Assembly: GCA_963721545.1 (NCBI GenBank)
Contig: CAVRKB010000009.1
Span: 546,121 to 610,120 of the forward strand
From: an uncultured Chloroflexia bacterium
GTDB lineage: Bacteria > Chloroflexota > Limnocylindria > Limnocylindrales > CSP1-4
Length of the DNA stretch: 64,000 bases
Direction of reading: 5' to 3'
Below the pieces are notes generated by a model. It was not told the origin of the DNA and did no database searches. It worked only from the letters and a program-made list of their open reading frames with translations. The position numbers were made by a program, and so were the translations under genes. How positions within the stretch are numbered: the first letter of the stretch is position 1; the number at the start of each line of letters is the position of its first letter. Below are positions 29,251 to 40,201 of the stretch, piece after piece.

Positions 29251-30656
29251 GCCGTCGTCGCCGCGGATGCCGACGGCCGCGCCTCCTGCTGGCCTGCCAG
29301 CGGTCGACGAGGTACGGCTTCAGCAGCTCGAACTCGCGGGCCTGGCGCTCGACCCGCTCCTCGGCCTGGTCGGTCGTGACGTGGCGGTTCTCGATGACGA
29401 AGCTGCCGACCCGCCCGAAGTAGATCGGCACGAGCGCGGCGACGCGCGACTCGATCGGCGGCTCCTCGGAGCGGGCGCAGATCACGAGGTCGTAGATGAG
29501 CCGGGCCCAGAGGTCGTCCGGGAAGTGGAACGCGGCCAGCGCGTCGGCCATCTCGCCGGTCGTCGCCGACGCCGACGAGCCGTCGCCGCCACCGATGCCG
29601 AGCTTGGCCCGCGCCGCGTCGACGAGCTTGCCGGCCTCCTTGGCGAGGACGAGCACGGTCTCGAGTGTTGTCCGGGGCGAACATCCCGCGCCACGTGTCG
29701 GCGAGGGTCAGCGAGCCCTGGTGGAACTCCGACAGCAGCCGGATCGTGTTCACCTCGAGCGGCGGCGGGTCGATGATCCGCTCGAAGCCGTACGCCGGGA
29801 CGTCGTGGCGACCCGCGGATGCCGAGCCAGTGGTCGGGGTTGCGCGGCGGCCAGCCGGAGGATCGTCCCGACGACCTGGCGGAACATCGGCCCGAGGTCC
29901 GAGCCGGGGTCCTTGGGGTCGTGGACCTTCGCCCCGAGGCGAGCCTGGCAGACCGCGAAGCCGCCGGTCAGCGCCGACGTCGTCATCCAGATGTCGATCC
30001 CGAACTTGCTGATGTCGTCCGTCCAGTCGTCCAGCTCGAGGTAGTGCCGGACGAGGTCGCCGCAGACCCCGAAGTCGCCACCGATCGGCTGGCGGATCCG
30101 GTTGCCGTACAGCGCCCGCGTCAGCGGGTAGGTGACGGTGTTCGTGATCGTGCCGTCGTACTTGTAGCGGGCGTAGAGCGGCGCGACGTAGTCGTAGCCG
30201 CCCTTGAGGATCGGGCCGGCGAGCAGCTCGATCCATTCGGGGATGATCGAGCGGAGGTCGCGAGTCGACGACGACGAGCGCCTGGACCTCGAGCGCGGCC
30301 GCGATCTCGAAGATCGTCCGGAGCGCCGCGCCCTTGCCGCCGACGCCGTCGATCTCGGGATACGTGAGGCTCACGCGCGCGAGCCTGTTCGTCGGGCGGA
30401 CGAGGAGGATCTGCTCGATGTAGTCGGGCGGCTCGGTCTCGATGACGACGCGCTGCGTGCCGTCCGGCGAGCCGGCGTCGCTGTTGACGAGGACGGGGCG
30501 CAGGTCCGGGAAGTACTGGACGAGGCCGGCCTGGGCGGCGCGCACGACGTAGCCGATCGTGGCGGCGTTCTTGAAGCTCGGGATGCCGACCATGATGTCG
30601 GCGCGACCGAGGCGGGCGATCTCGTCCCGGACGGCCGGCGTCAGAGCAGTGGGCAT
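29247..30656 (-). CDS. GT-A-fold glycosyltransferase with helical C-terminal domain; heavily frame-disrupted
   Basis: It reads [71 protein letters not shown]...[26 protein letters not shown]. Further pieces are [79 protein letters not shown], and [45 protein letters not shown]...[13 protein letters not shown]. The specific activity is unknown. Confidence 0.6.
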   Translation of the reverse strand: MPTALTPAVRDEIARLGRADIMVGIPSFKNAATIGYVVRAAQAGLVQYFPDLRPVLVNSDAGSPDGTQRVVIETEPPDYIEQILLVRPTNRLARVSLTYPEIDGVGGKGAALRTIFEIAAALEVQALVVVDSRPPLDHPRMDRAARRPDPQGRLRLRRAALRPLQVRRHDHEHRHLPADAGAVRQPDPPADRWRLRGLRRPRPALPRAGRLDGRHQQVRDRHLDDDVGADRRLRGLPGSPRGEGPRPQGPRLGPRADVPPGRRDDPPAGRRATPTTGSASAGRHDVPAYGFERIIDPPPLEVNTIRLLSEFHQGSLTLADTWRGMFAPDNTRDRARPRQGGRQARRRGAGQARHRWRRRLVGVGDDRRDGRRAGRVPLPGRPLGPAHLRPRDLRPLRGAADRVARRRARADLLRAGRQLRHREPPRHDRPGRGAGRAPGPRVRAAEAVPRRPLAGQQEARPSASAATTA

Positions 30657-30819
30657 TTCGAGACCGTACCACGGCTGTCGCGACTGGACGACGCTGGCCG
30701 CGTTGGGCGCTGCGCTCCTCGCTCACGGGCGTCTGAGCCCGCTCGCTCCAGTGCTCGCGACCGCCTTGCCAGCCTCGCCCATTCGCGACGATCGCAGACT
30801 GGTCGCGATCGGAGATTGG

Positions 30820-31557
30820 TCAGCGGGCGGGCACGTCCGCGACGGTCCAGTCCGGGTTGCGTTGGCCGGGCAGGTAGCGCGAGTTCGCGGCCTTGTACGA
30901 CATCCGGCTGAAGCCGAACGCCCGCCACGACCCCAGCCACGGGTCGACCGGCGGCCGGACGAACGTGCCGCGCCGGACGAGCCGCGACTCGCCGACGACC
31001 GACTCCAGGATCCGCTTGCGCTCGAGCAGCGGGACGTCGAGCAGCGGCTCGTCGTCGAGCCACAGGAGGTCGACGACGACGAGGGCGACGTCGTTCTCCT
31101 CGAGCCGGCGTGACGCGCTCGGTCTGCTCGACGGTTGGCGTGTCTCTCGCGACGGCGCCGGAGCGATGTTGCCGAACCACATCTGGCTCATCGTCGGGGT
31201 GTCGGCGCTGCGCGCCTCCGCGTCGCGGCGGGCGACGACGCCTGGTGTCCTGGAGGACCTGGTGGGTGATGTAGCCGTCGACGAGCAGCGCTCCGCGAGG
31301 ATCGCGGCGGCCAGCTCCGTCGCGACGTCCGGGAACTCCTCGACCGGGTCGCCGTCGAGGTCGCGGAACGTCGCCGTCCCGCCCTCGACGTGGCCAAGGA
31401 CGCGGAGGCCGGTCCAGAGCGGCTCGATGATCGGGTCGGCGACGTCGCCGCCGGACTCGCTGAAGCGCTGGGGGCGCCAGACGGCCGCGGCAGACCGGGC
31501 GTCGCGGGCGATTGGCGTCGTCGTCGCTTCGGTCAGGCTCACGGACCGATCGTACAA
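30820..31557 (-). CDS. ATP-dependent DNA ligase-like nucleotidyltransferase-domain protein lacking the motif I lysine; about one frame change near 31250
   Basis: Corresponds to ORF 30820..31557. The motif I position reads DPIIEPLWTGLRVL, where the canonical form is E-x-K-x-D-G-x-R. A motif III-like piece is LLVDGYITHQ. A motif IV-like piece is VALVVVDLLWLDDEPLLDVPLLERKRILESVV. A motif V-like piece is SYKAANSRYLPGQRNPDWTV. Confidence 0.55.
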   Translation of the reverse strand: MYDRSVSLTEATTTPIARDARSAAAVWRPQRFSESGGDVADPIIEPLWTGLRVLGHVEGGTATFRDLDGDPVEEFPDVATELAAAILAERCSSTATSPTRSSRTPGVVARRDAEARSADTPTMSQMWFGNIAPAPSRETRQPSSRPSASRRLEENDVALVVVDLLWLDDEPLLDVPLLERKRILESVVGESRLVRRGTFVRPPVDPWLGSWRAFGFSRMSYKAANSRYLPGQRNPDWTVADVPAR

Positions 31558-31610
31558 CGGGACGCAGGCGCGACCTGAAACGGTCGACTGGCTGAAGCGT
31601 CGGACAGCCT

Positions 31611-33016
31611 ATGATCTCGAACGTGACCGCCCCCGCTCAACCGAGCGACAGCGCTGGCCTGGGTTCGCGGCCGGGCGGCCTCGCGGGGCTGACCCCGTCC
31701 GGCCGCGCGATCGTCCCGCTCGGCTGGGCGCTCTACGACTTCGCCAACACGATCTTCAGCTTCGCGGTCGTGTCCGGCGCGATCGGCCTGTGGCTGACCG
31801 ACGACGCCCGGTTCGGCGAGCGGGACGGCAACGTCCTGCTGAGCGTCGCGATCGTCGCCAGCGTCGGGCTGAACGCGATCGTCTCGCCGATCCTCGGCGC
31901 GATCAGCGACCGGGCCGGCGGCCGCCGAATGCCCGTACCTGCTGTTCTTCACCGCTGCTGTGCATCGTCCCGACGGCGTTCATCGGCCTCAGCCCGCCGC
32001 TCATCGGCCTGCTGCTGTTCCTCGTCGCGAACTTCGCCTACCAGGCGGCGCTCATCTACTACGACGCCACGCTCCGGACTCGTCAGCTACCCGGAGACGC
32101 GCGGCAAGCTGTCGGGGATCGGCGTCGCGATCGGCTACTGCGGGACGATCTTCGTCGGCCTGCTGATCTTCTTCCTCGACATCCCGGTCGGCGAGCGCTT
32201 CCTCGTGGCGGCCGCTGCTGTACGGCGCTGTTCGCGGTCCCGATCTTCCTCGTCGTGCGTGAGCCCGGCCGGCACCGTCCGGCCCGTCGCTGGGCGACGT
32301 TGCCGCGCTCGTGGTCCCAGCTCAAGTTGACGATCCAGCACGCCCGGAGGTCCCGGGGCTCTGGCGCTTCCTGCTCGGGCGGTTCTTCTACTCCGACGCC
32401 GTCAACACGATCATCGTCGTCATGAGCGATCGTGGCCGTCCGCGGCGATCGGGCCTGACCGAGTCGACGGCCAACCTCGTCCTGCTCGGACTTGACGGTC
32501 GTCGCGGTCATCGCCAGCTTCGGCTGGGGCGTCCTCGTCGACCGGCTAGGGCCCGAAGCGGACGCTGATGATCGTCCTCGGATCGTGGGCGGTCGGGCTG
32601 GTGCTCGGCGGCGTCTCGCTCGGCGGTGCCGGGCGGGCTCGGCCTCGGGCTGTTCCTCTTCGCCGGGGCGATCCTCGGGAGCGGCCTCGGCGGCGTCCAG
32701 GTCGCCGATCGCGTGTTCATGGTCCGGCTCTCGCCGCCGGATCGACTCGGCGAGTTCTTCGGGCTCTACGGGCTCGTCGGCAAGGGATCGCAGGTCATCG
32801 GCCAGCTGCTGTACGGCCTGATCATCCTGCTGTTCCTCGACACGCTTCGGCGTCGGCGCCTACCAGCTGGCGGTGCTCAGCCTGCTCGTCACGATGCTCA
32901 TCGGCGTCTGGCTGCTCCGGCCGGTCAGCGATCGTGGTCCGGCTCCGGCGAGGTGCCGACGGCCGCGGCTCCGCCGCCGAGCGCCTCGCCCCGGCCTCCG
33001 CGCCGATCGAGCCGCG

Positions 33017-33020
<4 letters not shown>
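31611..33020 (+). CDS. MFS transporter, UMF1/Atg22-like; heavily frame-disrupted
   Basis: It begins PLGWALYDFANTIFSFAVVSGAIGLWLTDD...LLSVAIVASVGLNAIVSPILGAISDRAGGR. Further pieces are LIGLLLFLVANFAYQAALIYYDATL, YPETRGKLSGIGVAIGYCGTIFVGLLIFFL, WRFLLGRFFYSDAVNTIIVVMS, and LGLFLFAGAILGSGLGGVQVADRVFMVRLSPPDRLGEFFGLYGLVGKGSQVIGQLLYG. These are spread over six ORF-track frames. Confidence 0.75.
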
Positions 33021-34036
<1,016 letters not shown>

Positions 34037-34052
34037 GCGGGCCTCCTTCGGG

Positions 34053-34471
34053 TCATCGATTCGCGACCGAGCAGCCGGTCGGCCGAGGCTTCGCCCGAGC
34101 AGCTTCGGGCGAGCGAGTTCGCGGCCGGCCTCGCGGTCGGCGCGAGGCTCGGGCGACGCAGGCTCGCGGCGGCGCCATGGCGCCTCGCCCGGCGGCGTTG
34201 GCAGCGTCTCGCCGCGACCCGCCATCACCTCGGTCAGTCGCAGTCACGAGATTCTGGGCCGCCGGGTTCTCCGGGTCGATCGCCGAGCGCGCGCACCGCC
34301 TCGAGGTACGCCGTCCGCTCGTCGCCCCGCTCGAGCGCGACACGGGCCAGCCCGACGACCGCGATCGAGTTCTTCGGGTCGCGCTCCGCGACCTGGCGAT
34401 ACAGGCGCTCGGCCTGGTCGATCAGGCCGAAGGTCAGTCGCCCGCTCGGCCTCGAGCAGCAGCTCGATCAC
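34053..34471 (-). CDS. Small TPR-like protein; frame-disrupted, boundaries uncertain
   Basis: My translation reads [77 protein letters not shown]. The GTG overlaps the cca stop (GTGA at 34468-34471). Confidence 0.4.
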
Positions 34472-35806
34472 GCGTCGGCCCTCGCGAGGTCGCGGGCCAG
34501 GAGGAGCAGCGTCGGCGCCTCGTTGAGCTTCGGATCCTCGATGACCCGCTCGAAGCAGCTCGTCGAGGATCCGGCCGAGCGACGGGCCGGGCGCCAGCCC
34601 GAGCTCGCGCGATCAGGTCGTCGCCGTCGATCGCCAGCGCCGACCGGTCGAGGATCGGCCCGGCGCGCAGCTCCGCCTCGACCCGGGCCCGGAGCTCGGC
34701 GAGCCCGTCGGCCTCGCGGTCGACGCCGCTGCCGGCGTTGTCGGCCTCGCGCAGCTCGAACAGCTCGTCGATCGCCTCCGGTCCGACCTTGCCGATGAAA
34801 CCGGCGCACCGCCGAGTCGGTCCAGGCCGGCTCGTAGCGGAACATGTGGTGGCGGACGAGGTGGGTCACCCGGTCGATCACGACGCGCGGCTCGTGGAGC
34901 CGTTCGAGCAGCGCCCGGGCCAGCTCGGCGCCGACCGTCTCGTGGCCGTAGAAATGGCCGTCGGCCGCGGTCGACGGGCTTGCCGATGTCGTGGACGAGC
35001 GCCGCCAGGCGCACGACCGGGTGGGCGTGCGCCGCGTCGACCGTGCCCGAGCGTGTGGTCCCAGAGGTCCTCGCCCGCGAATCTTGTTCTGGGGCACGCC
35101 CGCGCTGCGCCGCGAGCTCCGGCAGGACGACGTCGAGCAGCCCGGTGTCGGCGCAGCAGCCGCAGCCCGACCGACGGCCGGTCGGCCGCGAGGAGTCTTG
35201 CCCAGCTCGGTCGCGATCCGCTCGCCGGAGAGATGCGCCGCGAGCGGCGCGCGATGCGCGGATCGCCGGCCAGGTGTCGGGCTCGATCTCGAACCCGAGC
35301 GTCGCGGCGAGCCGGACGGCGCGGAGCATCCGCAGCGCGTCTTCCTCGAAGCGCGTCGCTGCGGCTCGCCGACGGCCGGAGGATCCGCGCCGGCGACGTC
35401 GCCGGCCCGTCGAACGGGTCGCTGCAGCGCCGGCGGCGTCGCCGCGGGCTGGCGCGCCCCCAGGCCATCGCGTTCACCGTGAAGTCACGCCGCGCGAGGT
35501 CGGCCTCGAGCGACGTCCCGAACTCGACCCGGTGCGGCCGCCGGAAGTCGGCGTAGTCGTGGTCGCTCCGGAACGTCGTGATCTCGTAGGCCTCGCCGTC
35601 GCGACGGACGGCGACCGTCCCGAACGCGGTTCTCGTACGCCGCGTCCGGGAAGACGGCGAGCGTCGCTCGGGCAGCGCGTCGGTGGCGAGGTCCCAGTCC
35701 TTCGCCGGCCGGCCGAGGAGCGCGTCGCGCAGCGAGCCGCCCACGACATACGCGGCGTGACCGGCGCTCCACAGCGCGCCGAGGAGTCGTGGACGGCGGC
35801 CGGCAC
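34468..35806 (-). CDS. cca: CCA tRNA nucleotidyltransferase / poly(A) polymerase family with HD domain; heavily frame-disrupted, start not identified
   Basis: The core reads LWSAGHAAYVVGGSLRDALLGRPAKDWDLATDALPE...FGTVAVRRDGEAYEITTFRSDHDYADFRRPHRVEFGTSLEADLARRDFTVNAMAW. Further pieces are MLRAVRLAATLGFEIEPDTWPAI and AALVHDIGKP...DGHFYGHETVGAELARALLERL...IDRVTHLVRHHMF. After the HNH TGA (35859-35861) the cca frame is open, but it has no ATG, GTG or TTG before the VVGG motif. Confidence 0.8.
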
Positions 35807-35858
35807 CGAGCCGCCGATCGTCGTCGGCGTCGAGCGCCGGCCCTGGCTTCCGGCCGGC

Positions 35859-36374
35859 TCAGTTCCGACCCAGGAACAGGTACGTTCGCCACGCCTCGTT
35901 CCGCTCGTCGGCGAGGTACGGCGTGAACAGCGAGTACACGTCGCTCCGCGGCTCGAACGGCGTCCGATGGAGCCGGAAGCGCGCCTCCTCGATCGTCTTG
36001 CCGCCCTTGCGGTGGTTGCACGCCTTGCAGGCGGTGACGAGGTTCTCCCACGTGTGGCCGCCGCCGCGGTGGCGCGGCACGACGTGGTCGAGCGTCAGGT
36101 CGTGGGTCTGGCGGCCGCAGTACTGGCAGGTGTGGCGGTCGCGGGAGAAGATCTCGCGCCGCGACAGCTTCACCCGCGGCCGCGGCCGGCGGATCTGGTA
36201 CTGGAGGCGGATGACGGAGGGCGCGCGGTACTCGGTCCGCGGCGTCCGGATCACCTGGTGGTCGTACTCGATCACTTCGGCCTTTTCGCCGAACACGAGC
36301 CGGAAGGCTCGCGGCAGGTTGCAGACGTTCAGCGGCTCGTAGTTCTGGTTCAGCACGAGCACGACGCCGTCCAT
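35859..36374 (-). CDS. HNH endonuclease, 171 aa, intact
   Basis: Corresponds to ORF 35859..36374. It reads MDGVVLVLNQNYEPLNVCNLPRAFRLVFGEKAEVIEY...RDRHTCQYCGRQTHDLTLDHVVPRHRGGGHTWENLVTACKACNHRKGGKT. This is the C-x2-C ... DH..P ... N ... C-x2-C-N-x2-K HNH motif. Confidence 0.85.
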   Translation of the reverse strand: MDGVVLVLNQNYEPLNVCNLPRAFRLVFGEKAEVIEYDHQVIRTPRTEYRAPSVIRLQYQIRRPRPRVKLSRREIFSRDRHTCQYCGRQTHDLTLDHVVPRHRGGGHTWENLVTACKACNHRKGGKTIEEARFRLHRTPFEPRSDVYSLFTPYLADERNEAWRTYLFLGRN

Positions 36375-36422
36375 CTCGTGCCGGATGGTACAGGTTTGAG
36401 GATTCGCTGCCCGACGCTCCGA

Positions 36423-37350
36423 TCAGCGGCCGACCGGGCTGCCCGGTCGCCGGGTCCCAGCCGCCGGCCTGGCCGACCTTCGTCGCCAGCGGCCGGCCGA
36501 GCGCTCCGGCGATGAACCGGGCTGCCTCCAGCACGCCTTCGAGCTGGACGCCGTGGTCGTAGCCGGACGCGTCGAGGAGGTACACGAGGTCCTCGGTGGC
36601 GAGGTTGCCGGCGGCGCCGGGAGCGTACGGGCAGCCGCCGGTCCCGCCGGTCGCGGCGTCGAAGCAGCGGACGCCCGACCGCAGGGCCGCGGCGACGTTG
36701 GCGAGGGCCGTTCCCCGCGTGTCGTGGAAGTGGTAGGCGATCCGCTCGAGCGGGATCCCGGCGCCGATCGCGCGCGCCGTCAGGTCCTCGACCTGGGCCG
36801 GGACGCCGACGCCGATCGTGTCGCCGAAGCAGACCTCCTCGACGCCGAGGTCGACGAGCCGGAGCGCCACGTCGACGACCCGAGCCGGGTCCACGGCCCC
36901 GGTGTACGGGCAGCCGAACGCGGTCGACACGTAGCCGCGCCGCCACCAGCCGAGCTCGCCGCGCGCGGGCCAGAACCGGCGCGAACGCCGCGAGCGACTC
37001 GTCGACCGTCATCCGGATGTTCCTCGTCGTGAACGCGTCGGACGCCGCGGTGAAGACGGCGATCGCGTCGGCGCCGGCGGCCTCGGCCCTCTCCAGCCCG
37101 CGTAGGTTCGGGAACGAGCACCGGGTAGCGGATGTCCGGCGGGTGGGGGAGCGTCGGCAGCAGCTCGTCCGCGTCGGCCAGCGGCGGGGATCGCCGACGG
37201 CGGCGACGAACGACGTGGCCTCGATCTCGCGCAGGCCGGCGCGACGAGGAGCTCGATGTAGCGCCGCTTGGCGTCCGTCGGGAGGAGCGTCGCCTCGTTC
37301 TGGAGACCGTCGCGCGGCCCGACCTCGTAGATCCGGACCCGGTCGGCCAA
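36423..37350 (-). CDS. Hydroxymethylglutaryl-CoA lyase; frame-disrupted
   Basis: A TTG start at 37350 gives ADRVRIYEVGPRDGLQNEATLLPTDAKRRYIELL. It continues ...YVSTAFGCPYTGAVDPARVVDVALRLVDLGVEEVCFGDTIGVGVPAQVEDLT...IAYHFHDTRGTALANVAAALRSGVRCFDAATGGTGGCPYAPGAAGNLATEDLVYLL. The 3' end is approximate. Confidence 0.85.
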
Positions 37351-37357
37351 CGCGATC

Positions 37358-37659
37358 TCAGCCGCGTGGCGGCGTCATCGCCCGCTCGACCGCCGCGATC
37401 CGGATCTCGATCCGCCCGAGCTCGTCGACGGCTTCGCGATGCTCGTCGCTGCCGAGCGGCGGCCGCATTGCGACGTCGGCGGGCGGCCGCGTGGAGGTCG
37501 AGAAGCGCTTCGCGCGTGTCGGGGAGCGACGTGTCGACGGTCGCGGGCTGGCCGTGGGCCTTGGAGGCGTGATGGCCTGCGCTGGCCGGCTCCCGGACGG
37601 GCGCCTTGGCGGACGACCGTTCGTCGTGCCTTGTTCTTCTTCTTGTCGTGCTTCGACAT
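37358..37659 (-). CDS. Small basic / coiled-coil hypothetical protein; frame-disrupted
   Basis: It begins MSKHDKKKNKARRTVVRQ (ORF 37375..37659). My translation of the end is ...PLGSDEHREAVDELGRIEIRIAAVERAMTPPRG* (stop at 37358-37360). It lies between the MCC alpha gene and the HMG-CoA lyase gene. Confidence 0.35.
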
Positions 37660-37705
37660 CGGCCCTCCTCGCAGTCCGAAGGGTACCGCCGGCGCGCGCC
37701 TGCGG

Positions 37706-39543
37706 TCAGCCCTCGATCAGCGCGACGAGGTCGCCGCGAGCGACCTGCTGCCCGGGCCGCACGGCGATCTCCGCCACGGTTCCGGGAGCGCCGGCCGCGA
37801 CGACATGCTCCATCTTCATCGCCTCGAGCGTGACGAGCGGGTCGCCCGCCTCGACGGTGTCGCCGGCCTCGACGTGGACCCGCGAGGACCGAGCCGGGCA
37901 TCGGCGCGACGACCTCGACCGATCCGCCGCCACCGCCGTGGGCAGCGGCCGCCCGTGCCGCGCGGTCGACGTCGGGCGGCGGCGCGACCCGGAAGCCGAC
38001 CGATCGACCGGCGAGGTCGACGTAGACGATGTCACCGACGCGGACGGATTCCGGCGGATCCTCCCCGGCTCGCCGCCGACCGCGACCGCTCGCTCGGCCC
38101 GCCGTCATCCGTCGCGAGGCGGACCGTCGCCGGCCCGTTGAGGCGCCAGCCGCCGGCGCCAAGGTCGTCGGCCGCGACGCTCCACGCCTCGTCCGGGATC
38201 GCGGTCCGCGCGGCCCAGTCGTCCGGCGGCCAGATGCGCTCGAGCGTATCGATCCGGGCCTGGCCGCCGGTCACGGCCGGCTGTCGCACGAGCCAGCGGA
38301 GGAACCGCAGGTTGGTCGTGAGCCCGAGGACGGCCGTCGCGTCGAGGGCCGCCCGCAAGCCGGTCCAGGGCCTCGGCCCGGTTCGCGCCGTGGGCGATGA
38401 TCTTGGCCAGCATCGGGTCGAACCGGTCGCCGACCTCGTCGCCCATCGCAACCCCCGCATCGACGCGGATGCCCTCGCCCGACGGGCCAGCGGAGCGCCT
38501 CGATCCGGCCGGTCGCCGGCAGGAACCCGGCCTCTGCGTCCTCGGCGTAGAGCCGGGCCTCGATCGCGTGCCCGGTCGACGTCACGTCGGCCTGGCCGAA
38601 GCCCAGCGGCTCCCCGGCGGCGATCCGCAGCTGGTCGGCGACGAGGTCGCGGCCGGTGACCGCCTCCGTGACCGGATGCTCGACCTGGAGGCGGGTGTTC
38701 ATCTCGAGGAAGTAGAACGAGCCGCGCTCGGTCAGGAGGAACTCGCACGTGCCGGCGCTCTCGTAGCCGACGGCGCCGGCGATCCGGAGCGCGGCCTCCG
38801 TCAGCCGGCGTCGCGTCGCCTGCTTGACGGCCGGGGACGGCGTCTCCTCGAGGACCTTCTGGTGCCGGCGCTGGATCGAGCAGTCACGCTCGCCGAGATG
38901 GACGCCGTGCCCGTGGCGATCGAACAGGACCTGGACCTCGACGTGGCGAGGCCCTTCGATCAGCCGCTCGAGGACGAGCCGGTCGTCGCCGAACGCGGCG
39001 ATCGCCTCCCGTCGCGCGGCCGCAAACGCGTCCCGCGAGCCCGTCGGCGGTCCGGACCACCCGCATGCCCTTGCCGCCACCGCCGGCCGCCGGCTTGACG
39101 AGCAGCGGCAGGCCGATCTCGTCGGCCGCCCGCCGCAGGGCCTTGTCGCTCTGCGCCGGCGCCGTCGTAGCCGGGCACGACCGGGATGTCCGAGCTCGCG
39201 CGCCAGCCTTCGGGCTGCGGCCTTGTCGCCCATCGCCCGGATCGCCGCGGGCGGCGGCCCGACCCAGCGGATCCCGGCAGCGATCACGGCCTCCGCGAAG
39301 TCCGCGTTCTCGGCGAGGAAGCCGAAGCCCGGGTGGATCGCGTCGGCGCCGGCGACCGCGCGCTGCCTCGACGACGTCGGCGATCGAGAGCAGGTCGACG
39401 GCGTCCGGCCCGTCGGTCGGCGGGACGACGGCCCGGATCCCGAGGCGGTCGGCCGTCCGGGTGATCCGCGCCGCGATCTCGCCGCGGTTCGCGACGAACA
39501 GGGTGCGAATTGGCGCAACCGCAGGGGCCGGCGAGGACCGCAT
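37706..39543 (-). CDS. Biotin-dependent acyl-CoA carboxylase alpha subunit (biotin carboxylase + BCCP), probably methylcrotonyl-CoA carboxylase alpha; heavily frame-disrupted
   Basis: It begins [28 protein letters not shown]. Further pieces are [59 protein letters not shown], and [42 protein letters not shown]...[28 protein letters not shown]. The biotinyl domain reads [46 protein letters not shown]. The MCC assignment follows from context: HMG-CoA lyase, a carboxyltransferase and an enoyl-CoA hydratase lie nearby. Confidence 0.85.
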
Positions 39544-39553
39544 CGTCGATCGA

Positions 39554-39702
39554 CTAACGCGTCAATCGCGTCAGTCGCGACACGCCATCGCCCTCCGACG
39601 TCGTCGCGCAGGCAGCCGACCCGTCGCGATCCACCGCTGGACCGTCCGCGTCGTCGCCCCGATCCGCCGGGCCGCCTGGCTCGGGCTCAGTTCTTCGGTC
39701 AT
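39554..39702 (-). CDS. Small helix-turn-helix (excisionase/MerR-like) protein; one frame change
   Basis: It reads MTEELSPSQAARRIGATTRTVQRWIATGRLPA (ORF 39571..39843 frame). It then continues ...TTSEGDGVSRLTRLTR* (ORF 39554..39748 frame). It lies 10 nt upstream of the carboxylase alpha gene. Confidence 0.5.
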
Positions 39703-39829
39703 GCGTGACGCGATTGTCGCACGCAGACTGGTCCGCCATGCCTGCCATCGACGGGTCGCGCCGCAGGGCGCGATCACGGCGCCGCTAACCGCGGCTCGCC
39801 CCCTTGCGCGCCGCCCATCCGTGTGGTAA

Positions 39830-39853
39830 ATACTGAACCACATGGTTCAATAT
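39830..39853. promoter_or_regulatory. Inverted repeat overlapping the ArsR-family gene start (candidate autoregulatory operator)
   Basis: ATACTGAACC-ACAT-GGTTCAATAT has 10-bp arms with one mismatch. The core is TGAACC/GGTTCA at 39834-39839 and 39844-39849. The ATG at 39842-39844 lies inside it. A TAAATA -10-like hexamer sits at 39828-39833. Confidence 0.5.
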
Positions 39854-40201
39854 ACCCAGACCCGCTTCGATGCCTCGTTCGCCGCGCTGTCCAACGCCAC
39901 CCGACGTGGCGTTCTGGAGCAGCTCGGGCGTGCAGACGCTTCGGTCACGGATCTTGCCGAGACATTCCGCATGACCCTCACGGGCATGAAGAAGCACGTC
40001 GGCGTCCTGGAGCAGGCGGGGCTAGTCACCACGGAGAAGGTCGGGCGCGTGCGGACCTGCAAGCTCGGCCCGCGCCGACTGGAGGAGGAAGCTGCCTGGA
40101 TCGAGAGATACCGCCAGCTCTGGAACGCACGCTTCGACGAGCTGGACAAGGTTGTCGAGGAATTGAAACGGAAGGAGAAGGTCGATGGACGCAACAAGTG
40201 A
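39842..40201 (+). CDS. ArsR/SmtB-family transcriptional regulator, intact
   Basis: Corresponds to ORF 39842..40201. It reads FAALSNATRRGVLEQLGRADASVTDLAETFRMTLTGMKKHVGVLEQAGLVTTEKVGRVRTCKL, which is an ArsR-type wHTH. Confidence 0.85.
   Translation: MVQYTQTRFDASFAALSNATRRGVLEQLGRADASVTDLAETFRMTLTGMKKHVGVLEQAGLVTTEKVGRVRTCKLGPRRLEEEAAWIERYRQLWNARFDELDKVVEELKRKEKVDGRNK

Noticed and set aside
25554-29656. 570-aa, 874-aa and 814-aa overlapping minus-strand ORFs (25554..27266, 26626..29250, 27212..29656) as real proteins
   Set aside because: Each contains genuine segments of glycerate kinase, Usp-GpgS or the upstream glycosyltransferase. These are interleaved with out-of-frame Arg/Pro-rich read-through caused by indels. 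Only the motif-bearing segments were used.
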